The notes under the pieces were generated by a model that was not told the DNA's origin, did not search any database, and was given only the letters and a program-made list of their open reading frames with translations. Position numbers and translations under genes: made by a program. DNA of 59,230 nt from positions 1 to 59,230 of IMG/VR virus record IMGVR_UViG_3300020045_004392; one strand, given 5' to 3'. This document shows, one piece after another, positions 9,845-18,083 of this stretch; position 1 is the stretch's first letter; each line of letters begins with the position of its first letter. This stretch comes from a virus (Duplodnaviria > Caudoviricetes).

Positions 9845-11804
9845 GCAATTAATAATATTAATAATACTAGTGCTGTTTAAATTAACAACACTAGCAACGG
9901 TGTATCAGATTGCTAATCAATCAGCCTTTGATGCCTTTGATCAATCTACACTAGTGGCTGGAGATCAGATTTTATTTAATAAAGGTGAAACATTTATTGG
10001 TACTATCACTGTTCATAATTCAGGAACTTCCGGTAATCCTATTACTTACGGGGCTTATGGAACAGGTGCAAATCCAATTATTACTGGCCTTACAACTATT
10101 TCAGAATGGACAAATGAAGGTGGTGGTATTTATTCTAAAGTTATTACATCAGAAGCCCAAACGAACATGGTTACGGTTGATGGTGTAAATACCGCAATGG
10201 GAAGATCTCCCAATTCTACTTATCTTACTTACGAATCATTTAATACGAATGTTTCTATTACAGATACTGGATTAGGCACTTCAATTAATTGGACAGGAGC
10301 AGAAATCGTAATCCGTAAAAATGATTGGACATTGGATAGATGCCTGATTACAAATCATAGCGGAGATGTACTTACCTATAACAACCTAGGATCAACTCAA
10401 AATGCAACTGCTAATTATGGCTATTTTATTCAGAACGATTTAAGGACATTAGACCAATTAGGAGAATGGTATCATAGTACAAGCACAGGTAAATTTTATA
10501 TGTACTTTGGAGTAACTAATCCAACAAGTAAAACAGTTAAGGTTGCAACTGTTAGTAATTTGGTTAATGCAACTTCTTCAAATCCTTATATTACAATTCA
10601 AGATATATCATTCATAGGCTGCATTGATACTGCAATAAAATCAACAGAAGCAAATACAGGATATACAATAAATAATTGTGTGGTTTCATTTGCAGGAATG
10701 AATGGTATTTGGGCGGTAGGAACTTCTAATACAGTTACAAACAATCAAATATCTGATTGTGCTAAAATTGCAATTAGAAGTAATCGTCCAAATGTTGTTA
10801 TTACAGGAAATACTATAACGAATATCGGTATAATTGAAGGGCAGAGTGTCTCTGGAGGAAATAATGCAATAAGCATCGGTGAGCCTAGTAGTGCGTTGGT
10901 TCAAAATAATATAATTGAAAATATTGGATATAATGGGATTTACATAGGATCATACAATAGTACTGGATCAATTATCCGAAATAATTTTATAAATAATCCA
11001 TGTAAAATTGTATCTGATGGTGGTGGTATTTACACAGGAGGCACTCACACGTCGCTTGTAATTGATGGAAATATTATTTTAAATGTTCAAGCTAATAATA
11101 ACGGAACTAATGGAAAAACAGGACAGGGAGAGGGTGTTTATTTAGATGAATATGCTAATGGTATAACTGTTCAGAACAACACTATATCTAATTGTAATGG
11201 CTCTGGAATAAAAATACACAAAGGGCATGACAATATAATTCAAAATAATACTTGTTATAATAATGCACGAGGAATTACATTTCTCAATTCTGAATCTGCA
11301 AATAATATCGTTCGCAATACTTTAACCAGAAACATATTCGTTGCAAAGTACGCATCGACAAATCAATATTGCTTATACATTTATTCACCAATGAATGATA
11401 TTGCAAGTTTTGGAACTGCAACAAATAACTATTATGCAAGACCTATTGACGATGCTAACACTATTTTTACATATCAACCAAATACAGGATATGTATATAG
11501 AACACTTGCAAGCTGGCAGTCATTTACTAATCAGGATGCTAATTCTCACAAATCTCCATTTTCAATTTCATCAGAGTCTGACATTAGATTTGAGTATAAT
11601 GCCACAAACGAAAATAAAACAGTTATTTTAGATCAAAATTATAGAGATATTGTAAACAATGCAGATCACACGGCAGTAACACTAGGGCCATACACATCTA
11701 TTATTTTGTTGAAACACGCAGCATACCAAAGTACATCAACAAGAAAATCAGTATCAGGAAATAAAAAAACCATTGTTGATAATGGTAACGTTATAAGGAA
11801 TTAA
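9837..11804 (+). CDS. Right-handed parallel beta-helix protein (pectate-lyase-like fold), possible depolymerase or spike
   Basis: GDQILFNKGETF and PITYGAYGTGANPII motifs, Asn ladders, DGGGIY and GVYLDE; hydrophobic N-terminus. Confidence 0.8.
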   Translation: MIKQLIILIILVLFKLTTLATVYQIANQSAFDAFDQSTLVAGDQILFNKGETFIGTITVHNSGTSGNPITYGAYGTGANPIITGLTTISEWTNEGGGIYSKVITSEAQTNMVTVDGVNTAMGRSPNSTYLTYESFNTNVSITDTGLGTSINWTGAEIVIRKNDWTLDRCLITNHSGDVLTYNNLGSTQNATANYGYFIQNDLRTLDQLGEWYHSTSTGKFYMYFGVTNPTSKTVKVATVSNLVNATSSNPYITIQDISFIGCIDTAIKSTEANTGYTINNCVVSFAGMNGIWAVGTSNTVTNNQISDCAKIAIRSNRPNVVITGNTITNIGIIEGQSVSGGNNAISIGEPSSALVQNNIIENIGYNGIYIGSYNSTGSIIRNNFINNPCKIVSDGGGIYTGGTHTSLVIDGNIILNVQANNNGTNGKTGQGEGVYLDEYANGITVQNNTISNCNGSGIKIHKGHDNIIQNNTCYNNARGITFLNSESANNIVRNTLTRNIFVAKYASTNQYCLYIYSPMNDIASFGTATNNYYARPIDDANTIFTYQPNTGYVYRTLASWQSFTNQDANSHKSPFSISSESDIRFEYNATNENKTVILDQNYRDIVNNADHTAVTLGPYTSIILLKHAAYQSTSTRKSVSGNKKTIVDNGNVIRN

Positions 11805-11843
11805 TTAGATTTGTCACTATTCAAGCATTTTTAAAACAACAAT

Positions 11844-12356
11844 ATGCAACTAAAATTAGGAACAGTAACAACAGAGCCGATAACGTTGGCCGAAGCTAAA
11901 ACATGGTTAAAGGTTGATTATTCGGATGAGGATGCAATGATTACGAAGTTAATTACTTCGGTTCGTCATCAGGCCGAGTTATTTACCGGATTATCTTTAG
12001 TGGCTCGCACAATTGAATATTTTAATGAAGAAATAGCTGATGAAATTGTATTGCCTTATCCAGATCATGCCTCAATAACTGAAGTAAAGATTAACGATGT
12101 TGTTTCAACCTCATACAAGAAAACCGGATTAACTCAGTTTATTATTTATCCGGAATCAACTTATCTGTCTGGTGAAAATCAGCAAGGTATTTACATTAAG
12201 TATGTAACATCAGGAACAATACCAGAGGGCATTGATACCGAACTTCTGAAAATCATTGATGAGAAATATCGTAACCGTGGTAATACTTTCGAGGGTTCAA
12301 TTACTGAACTGAATGAAAATGCATATGCAAATTTGGCTAAATATTGTTTAATGTAA
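11844..12356 (+). CDS. Head-tail connector protein (gp6-like)
   Basis: EPITLAEAKTWLKVDYSDEDAMI motif. Confidence 0.85.
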   Translation: MQLKLGTVTTEPITLAEAKTWLKVDYSDEDAMITKLITSVRHQAELFTGLSLVARTIEYFNEEIADEIVLPYPDHASITEVKINDVVSTSYKKTGLTQFIIYPESTYLSGENQQGIYIKYVTSGTIPEGIDTELLKIIDEKYRNRGNTFEGSITELNENAYANLAKYCLM

Positions 12357-12420
12357 ACCCAATACACCCGACACGCTTCCCGTCAGATCAGCGCACTTGT
12401 CGGGTCTTATCTTGAATCGG

Positions 12421-12747
12421 ATGAACACAGGAAAACTAAATAGACGGATTACAATTGTAACGCCAGGCGCAATGACTCCGGATGGAATCGGTGGTTTTAC
12501 TGAAGGTACGAAAACTACGCGGGTTGCTTGGTGTTCAGCTAGGCAGTTGAGTATGGGAGAATCTTTGAGTTACGGACTTGAAACTTCAACCGCTTCATAT
12601 CGTTTCTCATTTCTGTATTTTGCCGCTGATGACATTACCCGGGTGAAGGAATTAACTTTCTCAGGTCGTACCTTTCGCATTGTGAACGTTGAGAATGTCG
12701 ATGAAGCAAAGAAAGAAATAACCGTTATCGCAAATGAGCGCAAATAA
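12421..12747 (+). CDS. Head closure / head-tail adaptor protein
   Basis: GKLNRRITI...DGIGG motif; synteny. Confidence 0.85.
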   Translation: MNTGKLNRRITIVTPGAMTPDGIGGFTEGTKTTRVAWCSARQLSMGESLSYGLETSTASYRFSFLYFAADDITRVKELTFSGRTFRIVNVENVDEAKKEITVIANERK

Positions 12748-12781
12748 GACCCGTACAGAGGCGTAAAAAAGAGGTTCACAG

Positions 12782-13351
12782 ATGGCAAATAACATACAGA
12801 TAGGAATAGACCCGCGAACGCTGAAACATTTATCAGATCAATTTGATTTGGTGAAAAAAGGCGCGGGCGAATCTATGTATCTGGCATTGATTAAAGTTGC
12901 TTTCAAGATTAAGTCAGAGGCTCAATTACGGTTGACAGGTCGCGGGCATATCATTACTTCGCGGCTTAAAAATTCAATCTTTGTAAAAGGGCAAAAGCAT
13001 ATTAACCGTCCTGATAATTCGCTGACTTATACGGACACGAAAGGCAAATCTTATAAGTCAGATTTAAGTACGGTTAAACTTGCTGCAAATGAATTGGCAA
13101 TAGGTACGAATGTTGAATATGCACCGGCTATTGAATTTGGGAGCCGCCCGCACGTTATCGAAGCGAAGAACCGGAAAGTATTGAGCAACGGGAAAGCGTT
13201 TTTTGGTAAACGTGTTAATCATCCTGGATGGTCAGGTGATTCGTTCCTTTATTGGGGCATGAAAAATGTTGACATAACAAAGTCAGTCGGTGACGATATG
13301 ACTAACGATTTGAAGTTTGGTAAGTTCTTAAAACCTGGGGTAACGAAATGA
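12782..13351 (+). CDS. HK97 gp10-like neck/tail completion protein
   Basis: TSRLKNSI, GTNVEYAPAIEFG and VNHPG motifs. Confidence 0.8.
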   Translation: MANNIQIGIDPRTLKHLSDQFDLVKKGAGESMYLALIKVAFKIKSEAQLRLTGRGHIITSRLKNSIFVKGQKHINRPDNSLTYTDTKGKSYKSDLSTVKLAANELAIGTNVEYAPAIEFGSRPHVIEAKNRKVLSNGKAFFGKRVNHPGWSGDSFLYWGMKNVDITKSVGDDMTNDLKFGKFLKPGVTK

Positions 13352-13749
13352 AAGACATCAGACAAATACTTCTCACCGCATTAGTTCCGGCACTTGCAAC
13401 GGCAACCGGTAAAAACGTGTACACGCGAATGCCAAAGGCAATCGGGGCGGTTTATCCTTACATTTATATCAGTGACATTTATCAGGAAGAAATCGGGCCA
13501 AAGACAAGCTACATTTATCGGCTTGATGTTCTTATCCAGATCATTTATCAGGATGTTGATTCATTAACCGGATTGTTTGCCGACATGAACAACGTCCTAT
13601 CAATCGTAAATAACGGATCGCCATTCGCTTTGACCGCACCACATAAAGTAATGTCATGTGAGTTAAATAACTCAACGACGACCGAATTTCAGACCGAAAC
13701 AGGCGCGCAAAATGTTGGGTTGATTAGGTTACTTTTTAATATCGAATAA
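13348..13749 (+). CDS. Tail terminator protein
   Basis: VYTRMP...YPYIYI motif; lies between gp10-like and tail tube genes. Confidence 0.7.
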   Translation: MKDIRQILLTALVPALATATGKNVYTRMPKAIGAVYPYIYISDIYQEEIGPKTSYIYRLDVLIQIIYQDVDSLTGLFADMNNVLSIVNNGSPFALTAPHKVMSCELNNSTTTEFQTETGAQNVGLIRLLFNIE

Positions 13750-13809
13750 TTTGTTTAAATTTGGGTCTCGAGTTATACGTATAGTTCAAAAATATTAAAA
13801 TTTTAAGTC

Positions 13810-14244
13810 ATGGCTACAAAAATTGGAACACGGGTATTAATTAAAGTCGCTGGTGGTTTGCTTGTTGGGCAGACTTCAGTAAGTTCATCGTTAGCCGCTA
13901 CGATGATCGAAATCAGTAACAAATTAAGCGGTAAACACTCAGAATTTGAGTATGGGCGCATCAATGAAACGCTATCCGTTGAGGGTATTGCGTCCAGTTC
14001 AAAAGAGGCAACATTAAAGGGATATTGGGAACTTCGGGCAGCGGTGAACGCTCACACGAAAGTCGCAGTTGTATTAACTGAGTATGCAGATGAAACTGCC
14101 GCCGCTGATGTAGTTGGAGCTGAAGAACTGACTTATCAGGCGTTGATTTCAGGTCTGGATGCTTCGTTTCCTGACAATGATAAATCAACATTCAGTTGTA
14201 ATTTACAGATAACCGGAATGCCTGCACAGGCAACGAACGCATAA
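13810..14244 (+). CDS. Major tail (tube) protein
   Basis: Synteny; TFSCNLQITG C-terminal motif. Confidence 0.8.
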   Translation: MATKIGTRVLIKVAGGLLVGQTSVSSSLAATMIEISNKLSGKHSEFEYGRINETLSVEGIASSSKEATLKGYWELRAAVNAHTKVAVVLTEYADETAAADVVGAEELTYQALISGLDASFPDNDKSTFSCNLQITGMPAQATNA

Positions 14245-14261
14245 CCGAATGAAAATATTTT

Positions 14262-14295
14262 AATACCCTGATGAATTTATTTTTATCAGGGTATT
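14262..14295. terminator. Inverted repeat after tail tube gene
   Basis: AATACCCTGAT / ATCAGGGTATT. Confidence 0.5.
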
Positions 14296-14323
14296 GTTAT
14301 TTAATACATTTGTGTTATATTTG
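14294..14323 (+). promoter_or_regulatory. Bacteroidota promoter for the RNA cluster
   Basis: TTG (14294-14296), 19-bp spacer, TATATTTG (14316-14323). Confidence 0.65.
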
Positions 14324-14326
14324 TAT

Positions 14327-14560
14327 CGTTCGTTGACGTTATTTGAAACTGTTAAGACGTGGGTTCGACTCCCACCACCTCCACCGCTTCGCCAAGTGCG
14401 CTAACCGGTCGCGATAGTACCGTTATCTTGGGGGTGTCTGGTTTTGATTGGCAGACGTAGGGTAATTGAGGACAAAAGCTATAACAGGCAACAATTTTGA
14501 AATGAAAGCCGCTGCATAGTGCAGTAGTGAACGCGGTACGCACCCGACCGAATACAGGGG
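14327..14560 (+). ncRNA. ssrA: Circularly permuted (two-piece) tmRNA
   Basis: T-arm GTGGG-TTCGACT-CCCAC plus CACCTCC-A-CC (14359-14385) precedes the 5' end GGGGGTG-TCTGGTTTTGA (14430). Acceptor stem has G3-U70. Tag ORF GNNFEMKAAA* at 14487-14519. Confidence 0.88.
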
Positions 14561-14566
14561 CAAAAC

Positions 14567-14648
14567 GCAAATGATGGTAAACGTGGTTAAATCAGCAGAC
14601 TGTAAATCCGTCGCTTCGGCTATTGGGGTTCGATTCCCTGCATTTGCA
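14567..14648 (+). tRNA. tRNA-Tyr (GTA)
   Basis: Acceptor GCAAATG/CATTTGC, anticodon loop CTGTAAA, long variable arm, T-loop TTCGATT. Atypical A8, one anticodon-stem mismatch, CCA not encoded. Confidence 0.8.
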
Positions 14649-14759
14649 CATATTTACCCTGCAATTCGTGTAATGCTTGTAATATTCAGGTAAAAGCAAG
14701 CCCAAAACTACTGAGGTTATCAGGACTAAAAAAATAGCCCAGATGTAGAAATCAATCGC

Positions 14760-14779
14760 TGGCCGAGTCGGCCATTTTT
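14760..14779 (+). terminator. Rho-independent terminator-like hairpin closing the RNA cluster
   Basis: TGGCCG-AGT-CGGCCA followed by TTTTT. Confidence 0.5.
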
Positions 14780-14799
14780 AACAAATTAATCCAAATCGC

Positions 14800-14955
14800 A
14801 TGACCGAAAACGAAAAACGAGACTTAAAGATTTCTTTGCAACTTAAAGATGAAGAAATAGCCAGGCAAATCGCAAAGCGCAAACTTGCCGAACAAACTCG
14901 CAATTGGACTATTATTTTAGTCGTAGTGATTCATGTTTTAATTTTGGTGATATGA
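14800..14955 (+). CDS. Small membrane protein (51 aa)
   Basis: Read manually: MTENEKRDLK...WTIILVVVIHVLILVI*; C-terminal hydrophobic helix. Confidence 0.6.
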   Translation: MTENEKRDLKISLQLKDEEIARQIAKRKLAEQTRNWTIILVVVIHVLILVI

Positions 14956-15047
14956 AAAATCCAAAACTTAGTGCATTGGCTTGTTCTTCCCCGTGGATTT
15001 TATTAGCCATACTTGAAATTTATTTTGTATTCATTTTATTTGCGTAA
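14952..15047 (+). CDS. Small membrane peptide (31 aa)
   Basis: MKNPKLSALACSSPWILLAILEIYFVFILFA*; ATGA-coupled to the previous ORF. Confidence 0.5.
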   Translation: MKNPKLSALACSSPWILLAILEIYFVFILFA

Positions 15048-15050
15048 GCT

Positions 15051-15482
15051 ATGAACACCCCACACGACACAATCTTAATTTCAATACCTTATCCTGTCAA
15101 ATTCCTGACCTTAAAACGTAAGATCGGATTCACATTTACGAACATGGCAATCTTTTTGTTCAGGGAACACGAGGAAATCAAAACGTCAAAAGATTATTCA
15201 GATTGGATTGAAAAACACGGCCAATCCGGGTTGATCAGCGAAATGCTTTATCATGCCGCTTGTTCCTATTGCCTTGCAAATCGCAAGCGTGAGAACTTCA
15301 CAAAGGAGGGATTAAAGAAAGCTATTGCACTGACTTCAACCGAAGATCAGGAACGTATTTTGAAAGTTTGGCGCGCGTCTGAAACGTTCGGGGCAACTGT
15401 CAAACCGTCAAAAAAAAAAGTAACTCTGAAATCGAAGAAGTATCTTATTCAGACGAATATGAATTTTGCACTGGAATTGTAG
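15051..15482 (+). CDS. Tail assembly chaperone (gpG analogue)
   Basis: Between tail tube and TMP genes; A10 slippery run at 15410-15419. Confidence 0.75.
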   Translation: MNTPHDTILISIPYPVKFLTLKRKIGFTFTNMAIFLFREHEEIKTSKDYSDWIEKHGQSGLISEMLYHAACSYCLANRKRENFTKEGLKKAIALTSTEDQERILKVWRASETFGATVKPSKKKVTLKSKKYLIQTNMNFALEL

Positions 15483-15754
15483 GCATATCAAAAGCTGAGT
15501 ACTTCACACTCACGCCTGCTGAAACATACACGCGCGTGCGGGCATACATTCATAACCGGGATGCAATGGCCGCTAACTTCAGGGCATTGTTTCAATTGCA
15601 GTTTAATCAATGGAGTAAACATCCGAAAAGCGCGGTAGAACTTTGGCCACTATCAATTGATGAATCAGACGTTGAGCCGTTGACAGACGAAGAAATGTAC
15701 AAAAGAAACGAAGAAATTATAAATCAGTATCTGGAACGGTACGGAGTGAATTAG
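15419..15754 (+). CDS. Tail assembly chaperone frameshift extension (gpT analogue, -1 frame)
   Basis: -1 frame is open from the A-run: SNSEIEEVSYSDEYEFCTGIVGISKAEYFTLTPAETYTRVRAY..., in frame with ORF 15536-15754. Confidence 0.75.
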   Translation, partial: SNSEIEEVSYSDEYEFCTGIVGISKAEYFTLTPAETYTRVRAYIHNRDAMAANFRALFQLQFNQWSKHPKSAVELWPLSIDESDVEPLTDEEMYKRNEEIINQYLERYGVN

Positions 15755-15779
15755 CCCTATTTTGTAGGGCTTTTTTTTT
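15753..15779 (+). terminator. Rho-independent terminator
   Basis: AGCCCTA-TTTTG-TAGGGCT plus T-run; identical copy at 18019. Confidence 0.8.
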
Positions 15780-15825
15780 GTCCTAAATTTCACTAAATTT
15801 GACGTGACACTAAATACATACGACA

Positions 15826-17733
15826 ATGAAAATCGGCGATCTGTTCATAAAATTAGGACTTCAAAAAGGTGAGTTCGATAAGGGCATAGATGATGCAAAA
15901 CGTAAGACTTCAGCATTTGGTGACGGCATGAAGAAAATTGGGGGCATGATTGCGGGGGTATTTGCTGTTGGTCAAGTAGTTTCATACGTCCGTGAATCAA
16001 TTAAATTAGCCGCTGAAACTGAGAACGTGCGTAAAGCGTTCATTCGTTTGGGTGGTGGTGCGTACTTTAACGATCTAAATAATGCCGTCCGTGGTACTCT
16101 ATCTCAGGTCGATTTGATGAAGAATACTATTCAGGCTACTAACTTCGGTATCCCGATAAAAGACCTTGCAAACCTCTTTAAATTTGCCACTGAAAGAGCT
16201 GCACAAACAGGGCAGTCTGTGGAGTTCCTTACACAGTCTATTGTTATGGGTATCGGCCGTAAGTCGGTCTTAATCCTTGATAACTTAGGAATTTCAGCCG
16301 TTCAACTTCGCGAGAAACTTAAAAAAGTAGGTGAAGAAGCTGCCACAGTTGGTGACGTTTCTGAAGCTATTGGAGAGATCGCGCAAGAGCAATTTAAGCG
16401 AATGGGAGAACAGGCCACAACGACAGCGCAAAAATTAGACGATGTAAAAGGTTCTTGGGTAGATATTAAAGTGGCTATTGGGGATGCAATAAATCAAAGC
16501 GATATTTTTACAGGTGGGATTAAAATACTTGGTGACTATCTGAATGTATTTTCGGCTCAGACTGCCAACGCAATGACAAACGCAGGGAATCGCGTTAAAA
16601 AATTCATGGCAACTATGCCCGAAAGTATTGCAGATCAAAAAACGGCAATAAAGGCAGAATTAGATAGACTAAACGAAGAAATTGCACAGTATCAGGCTGG
16701 ACTTGAAACGAACCCGAAACTGGCATGGTCGATGTTTCCAACACCAGAACGAGATGAGGTTAAGCAAGAAATTAACACGTTAAAGAATCAGGCAATTGAA
16801 TTAGTTGGGGTGTTCGATCAATTGAAAATGAAATCTGAACCAGTTGAATTAATGCAACGTATTTCTGATTTAGAGTTGCTTATTTCGATGGAGAAGAAAC
16901 TTGCATCGCAGAAAAATATATCTGCTGACGATGCAATAAACCATGCCAACGCAATAGCAAAAGCAGAAGAGGAACTAAAAAAGTTAAGGGAAATTGCAGG
17001 AGTTGAAGCTCATAAAACAGCGACCGAGCAGTTGGCCGATTTGAAAAAAGTAAACGACGAACTCGAAGCACAGCGAATTTTAAGGCAAGAGTTTAAGGGG
17101 GAGAAAATACAGCCGATGACCGGAGTCGGTACACCTGACCAAATGCCTATAAATTTCATGGATACCAACCAATTACAGTTGGGCGATATGGGTGATTCAT
17201 GGAAAGCAAATATTGCAAAGAACAAAAAGTTCACTGAAGAGTATTTGCAGGATATGAAGGATTTCAATACAGAATTAAATGAAACGATTAAATCCGGCAT
17301 TTCTACTGCAATAAATTCAATGGCTGAAGGACTTGGAAAGCTTGCATCTGATGCAATTTTGGGAAATGATATGGATAACTTTGGAAATACTATTTTAAAG
17401 ATAATAGGCTCATTTATGCAGTCTCTTGGTTCTGCAATTGTTGCATTAGGAATGTCTATGCTTGTTATTGACTTAGGGTTAAAATCATGGAATCCAGGAC
17501 TACTTATTGCTGGAGGTGCTGCACTTATTGCTGGAGGTGCTTTAATCTCAGGACTGGCCGCTGGTGGAGTTAAAGGCAGTACATCCGCTTCATCTGCCGC
17601 CTCCGGTTACTCAAACTATTCGGCATCGAGTGGCGCTGCCACTCTATCCGGGAATGTTGTGTTTGAACTGGAAGGTACTAAATTAAGAGGGGCTCTAAAT
17701 AATACGGACAGGCGAAATACATTAATTCGATAG
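15826..17733 (+). CDS. Tail tape measure protein
   Basis: IGDLFIKLG start; helical Ala/Gly-rich; LILDNLGI; C-terminal VVFELEGTKL. Confidence 0.85.
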   Translation: MKIGDLFIKLGLQKGEFDKGIDDAKRKTSAFGDGMKKIGGMIAGVFAVGQVVSYVRESIKLAAETENVRKAFIRLGGGAYFNDLNNAVRGTLSQVDLMKNTIQATNFGIPIKDLANLFKFATERAAQTGQSVEFLTQSIVMGIGRKSVLILDNLGISAVQLREKLKKVGEEAATVGDVSEAIGEIAQEQFKRMGEQATTTAQKLDDVKGSWVDIKVAIGDAINQSDIFTGGIKILGDYLNVFSAQTANAMTNAGNRVKKFMATMPESIADQKTAIKAELDRLNEEIAQYQAGLETNPKLAWSMFPTPERDEVKQEINTLKNQAIELVGVFDQLKMKSEPVELMQRISDLELLISMEKKLASQKNISADDAINHANAIAKAEEELKKLREIAGVEAHKTATEQLADLKKVNDELEAQRILRQEFKGEKIQPMTGVGTPDQMPINFMDTNQLQLGDMGDSWKANIAKNKKFTEEYLQDMKDFNTELNETIKSGISTAINSMAEGLGKLASDAILGNDMDNFGNTILKIIGSFMQSLGSAIVALGMSMLVIDLGLKSWNPGLLIAGGAALIAGGALISGLAAGGVKGSTSASSAASGYSNYSASSGAATLSGNVVFELEGTKLRGALNNTDRRNTLIR

Positions 17734-17805
17734 TATGTTTTAAAACATCTTGCATATTAACACAAATGTGCTTACATTCGTAGGGTAATTAAAAACAAAT
17801 CAATC

Positions 17806-17991
17806 ATGGAAGCAATACACGGACAAATAGACATGTCAAAAATTAAGAGTAAAATTATGAAAGCAAGAAAACCAGATGGAACAATCATCCAAGTAAGAGT
17901 AATAAATCTTGAAGAAAATAATCTTCAATTGAATGGAAAATATATAAGTTTCAAAGATGTTCGGGTACGTGATGGCTACCGGAGTGAGTAA
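17806..17991 (+). CDS. Small protein resembling the N-terminal half of the SSB-like gene 35636-36013
   Basis: HGQIDMSKI...KPDGTIIQVRVINLEENNL versus TGQLNYSAM...GKNGPIECVILPLESNYI. Confidence 0.45.
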   Translation: MEAIHGQIDMSKIKSKIMKARKPDGTIIQVRVINLEENNLQLNGKYISFKDVRVRDGYRSE

Positions 17992-18018
17992 AATCAGCTA
18001 TAAATGATGTCATCAGGA

Positions 18019-18045
18019 AGCCCTATTTTGTAGGGCTTTTTTTTT
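18019..18045 (+). terminator. Rho-independent terminator (duplicate of 15753)
   Basis: AGCCCTATTTTGTAGGGC plus T-run. Confidence 0.8.
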
Positions 18046-18083
18046 GCCTGTTTATTTCGTAACTTTCCGAAAATTTACAGGTC

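Noticed and set aside
14353-14385. attP copy of a host tmRNA 3' end
   Set aside because: No integrase is nearby, and the complementary 5' half, tag frame and promoter are all present, which supports a complete permuted gene.
14352-14570. 72-aa minus-strand ORF
   Set aside because: It is the antisense shadow of the tmRNA (VVGVEPT is the reverse-translated T-arm).
14709-14755. Hammerhead ribozyme (CTGA...GAAA)
   Set aside because: The core reads CTGAGGT rather than CTGAnGA and the stems are not convincing.
17502-17541. Tandem repeat ACTTATTGCTGGAGGTGCT x2
   Set aside because: An in-frame LIAGGA duplication typical of tape measure proteins.
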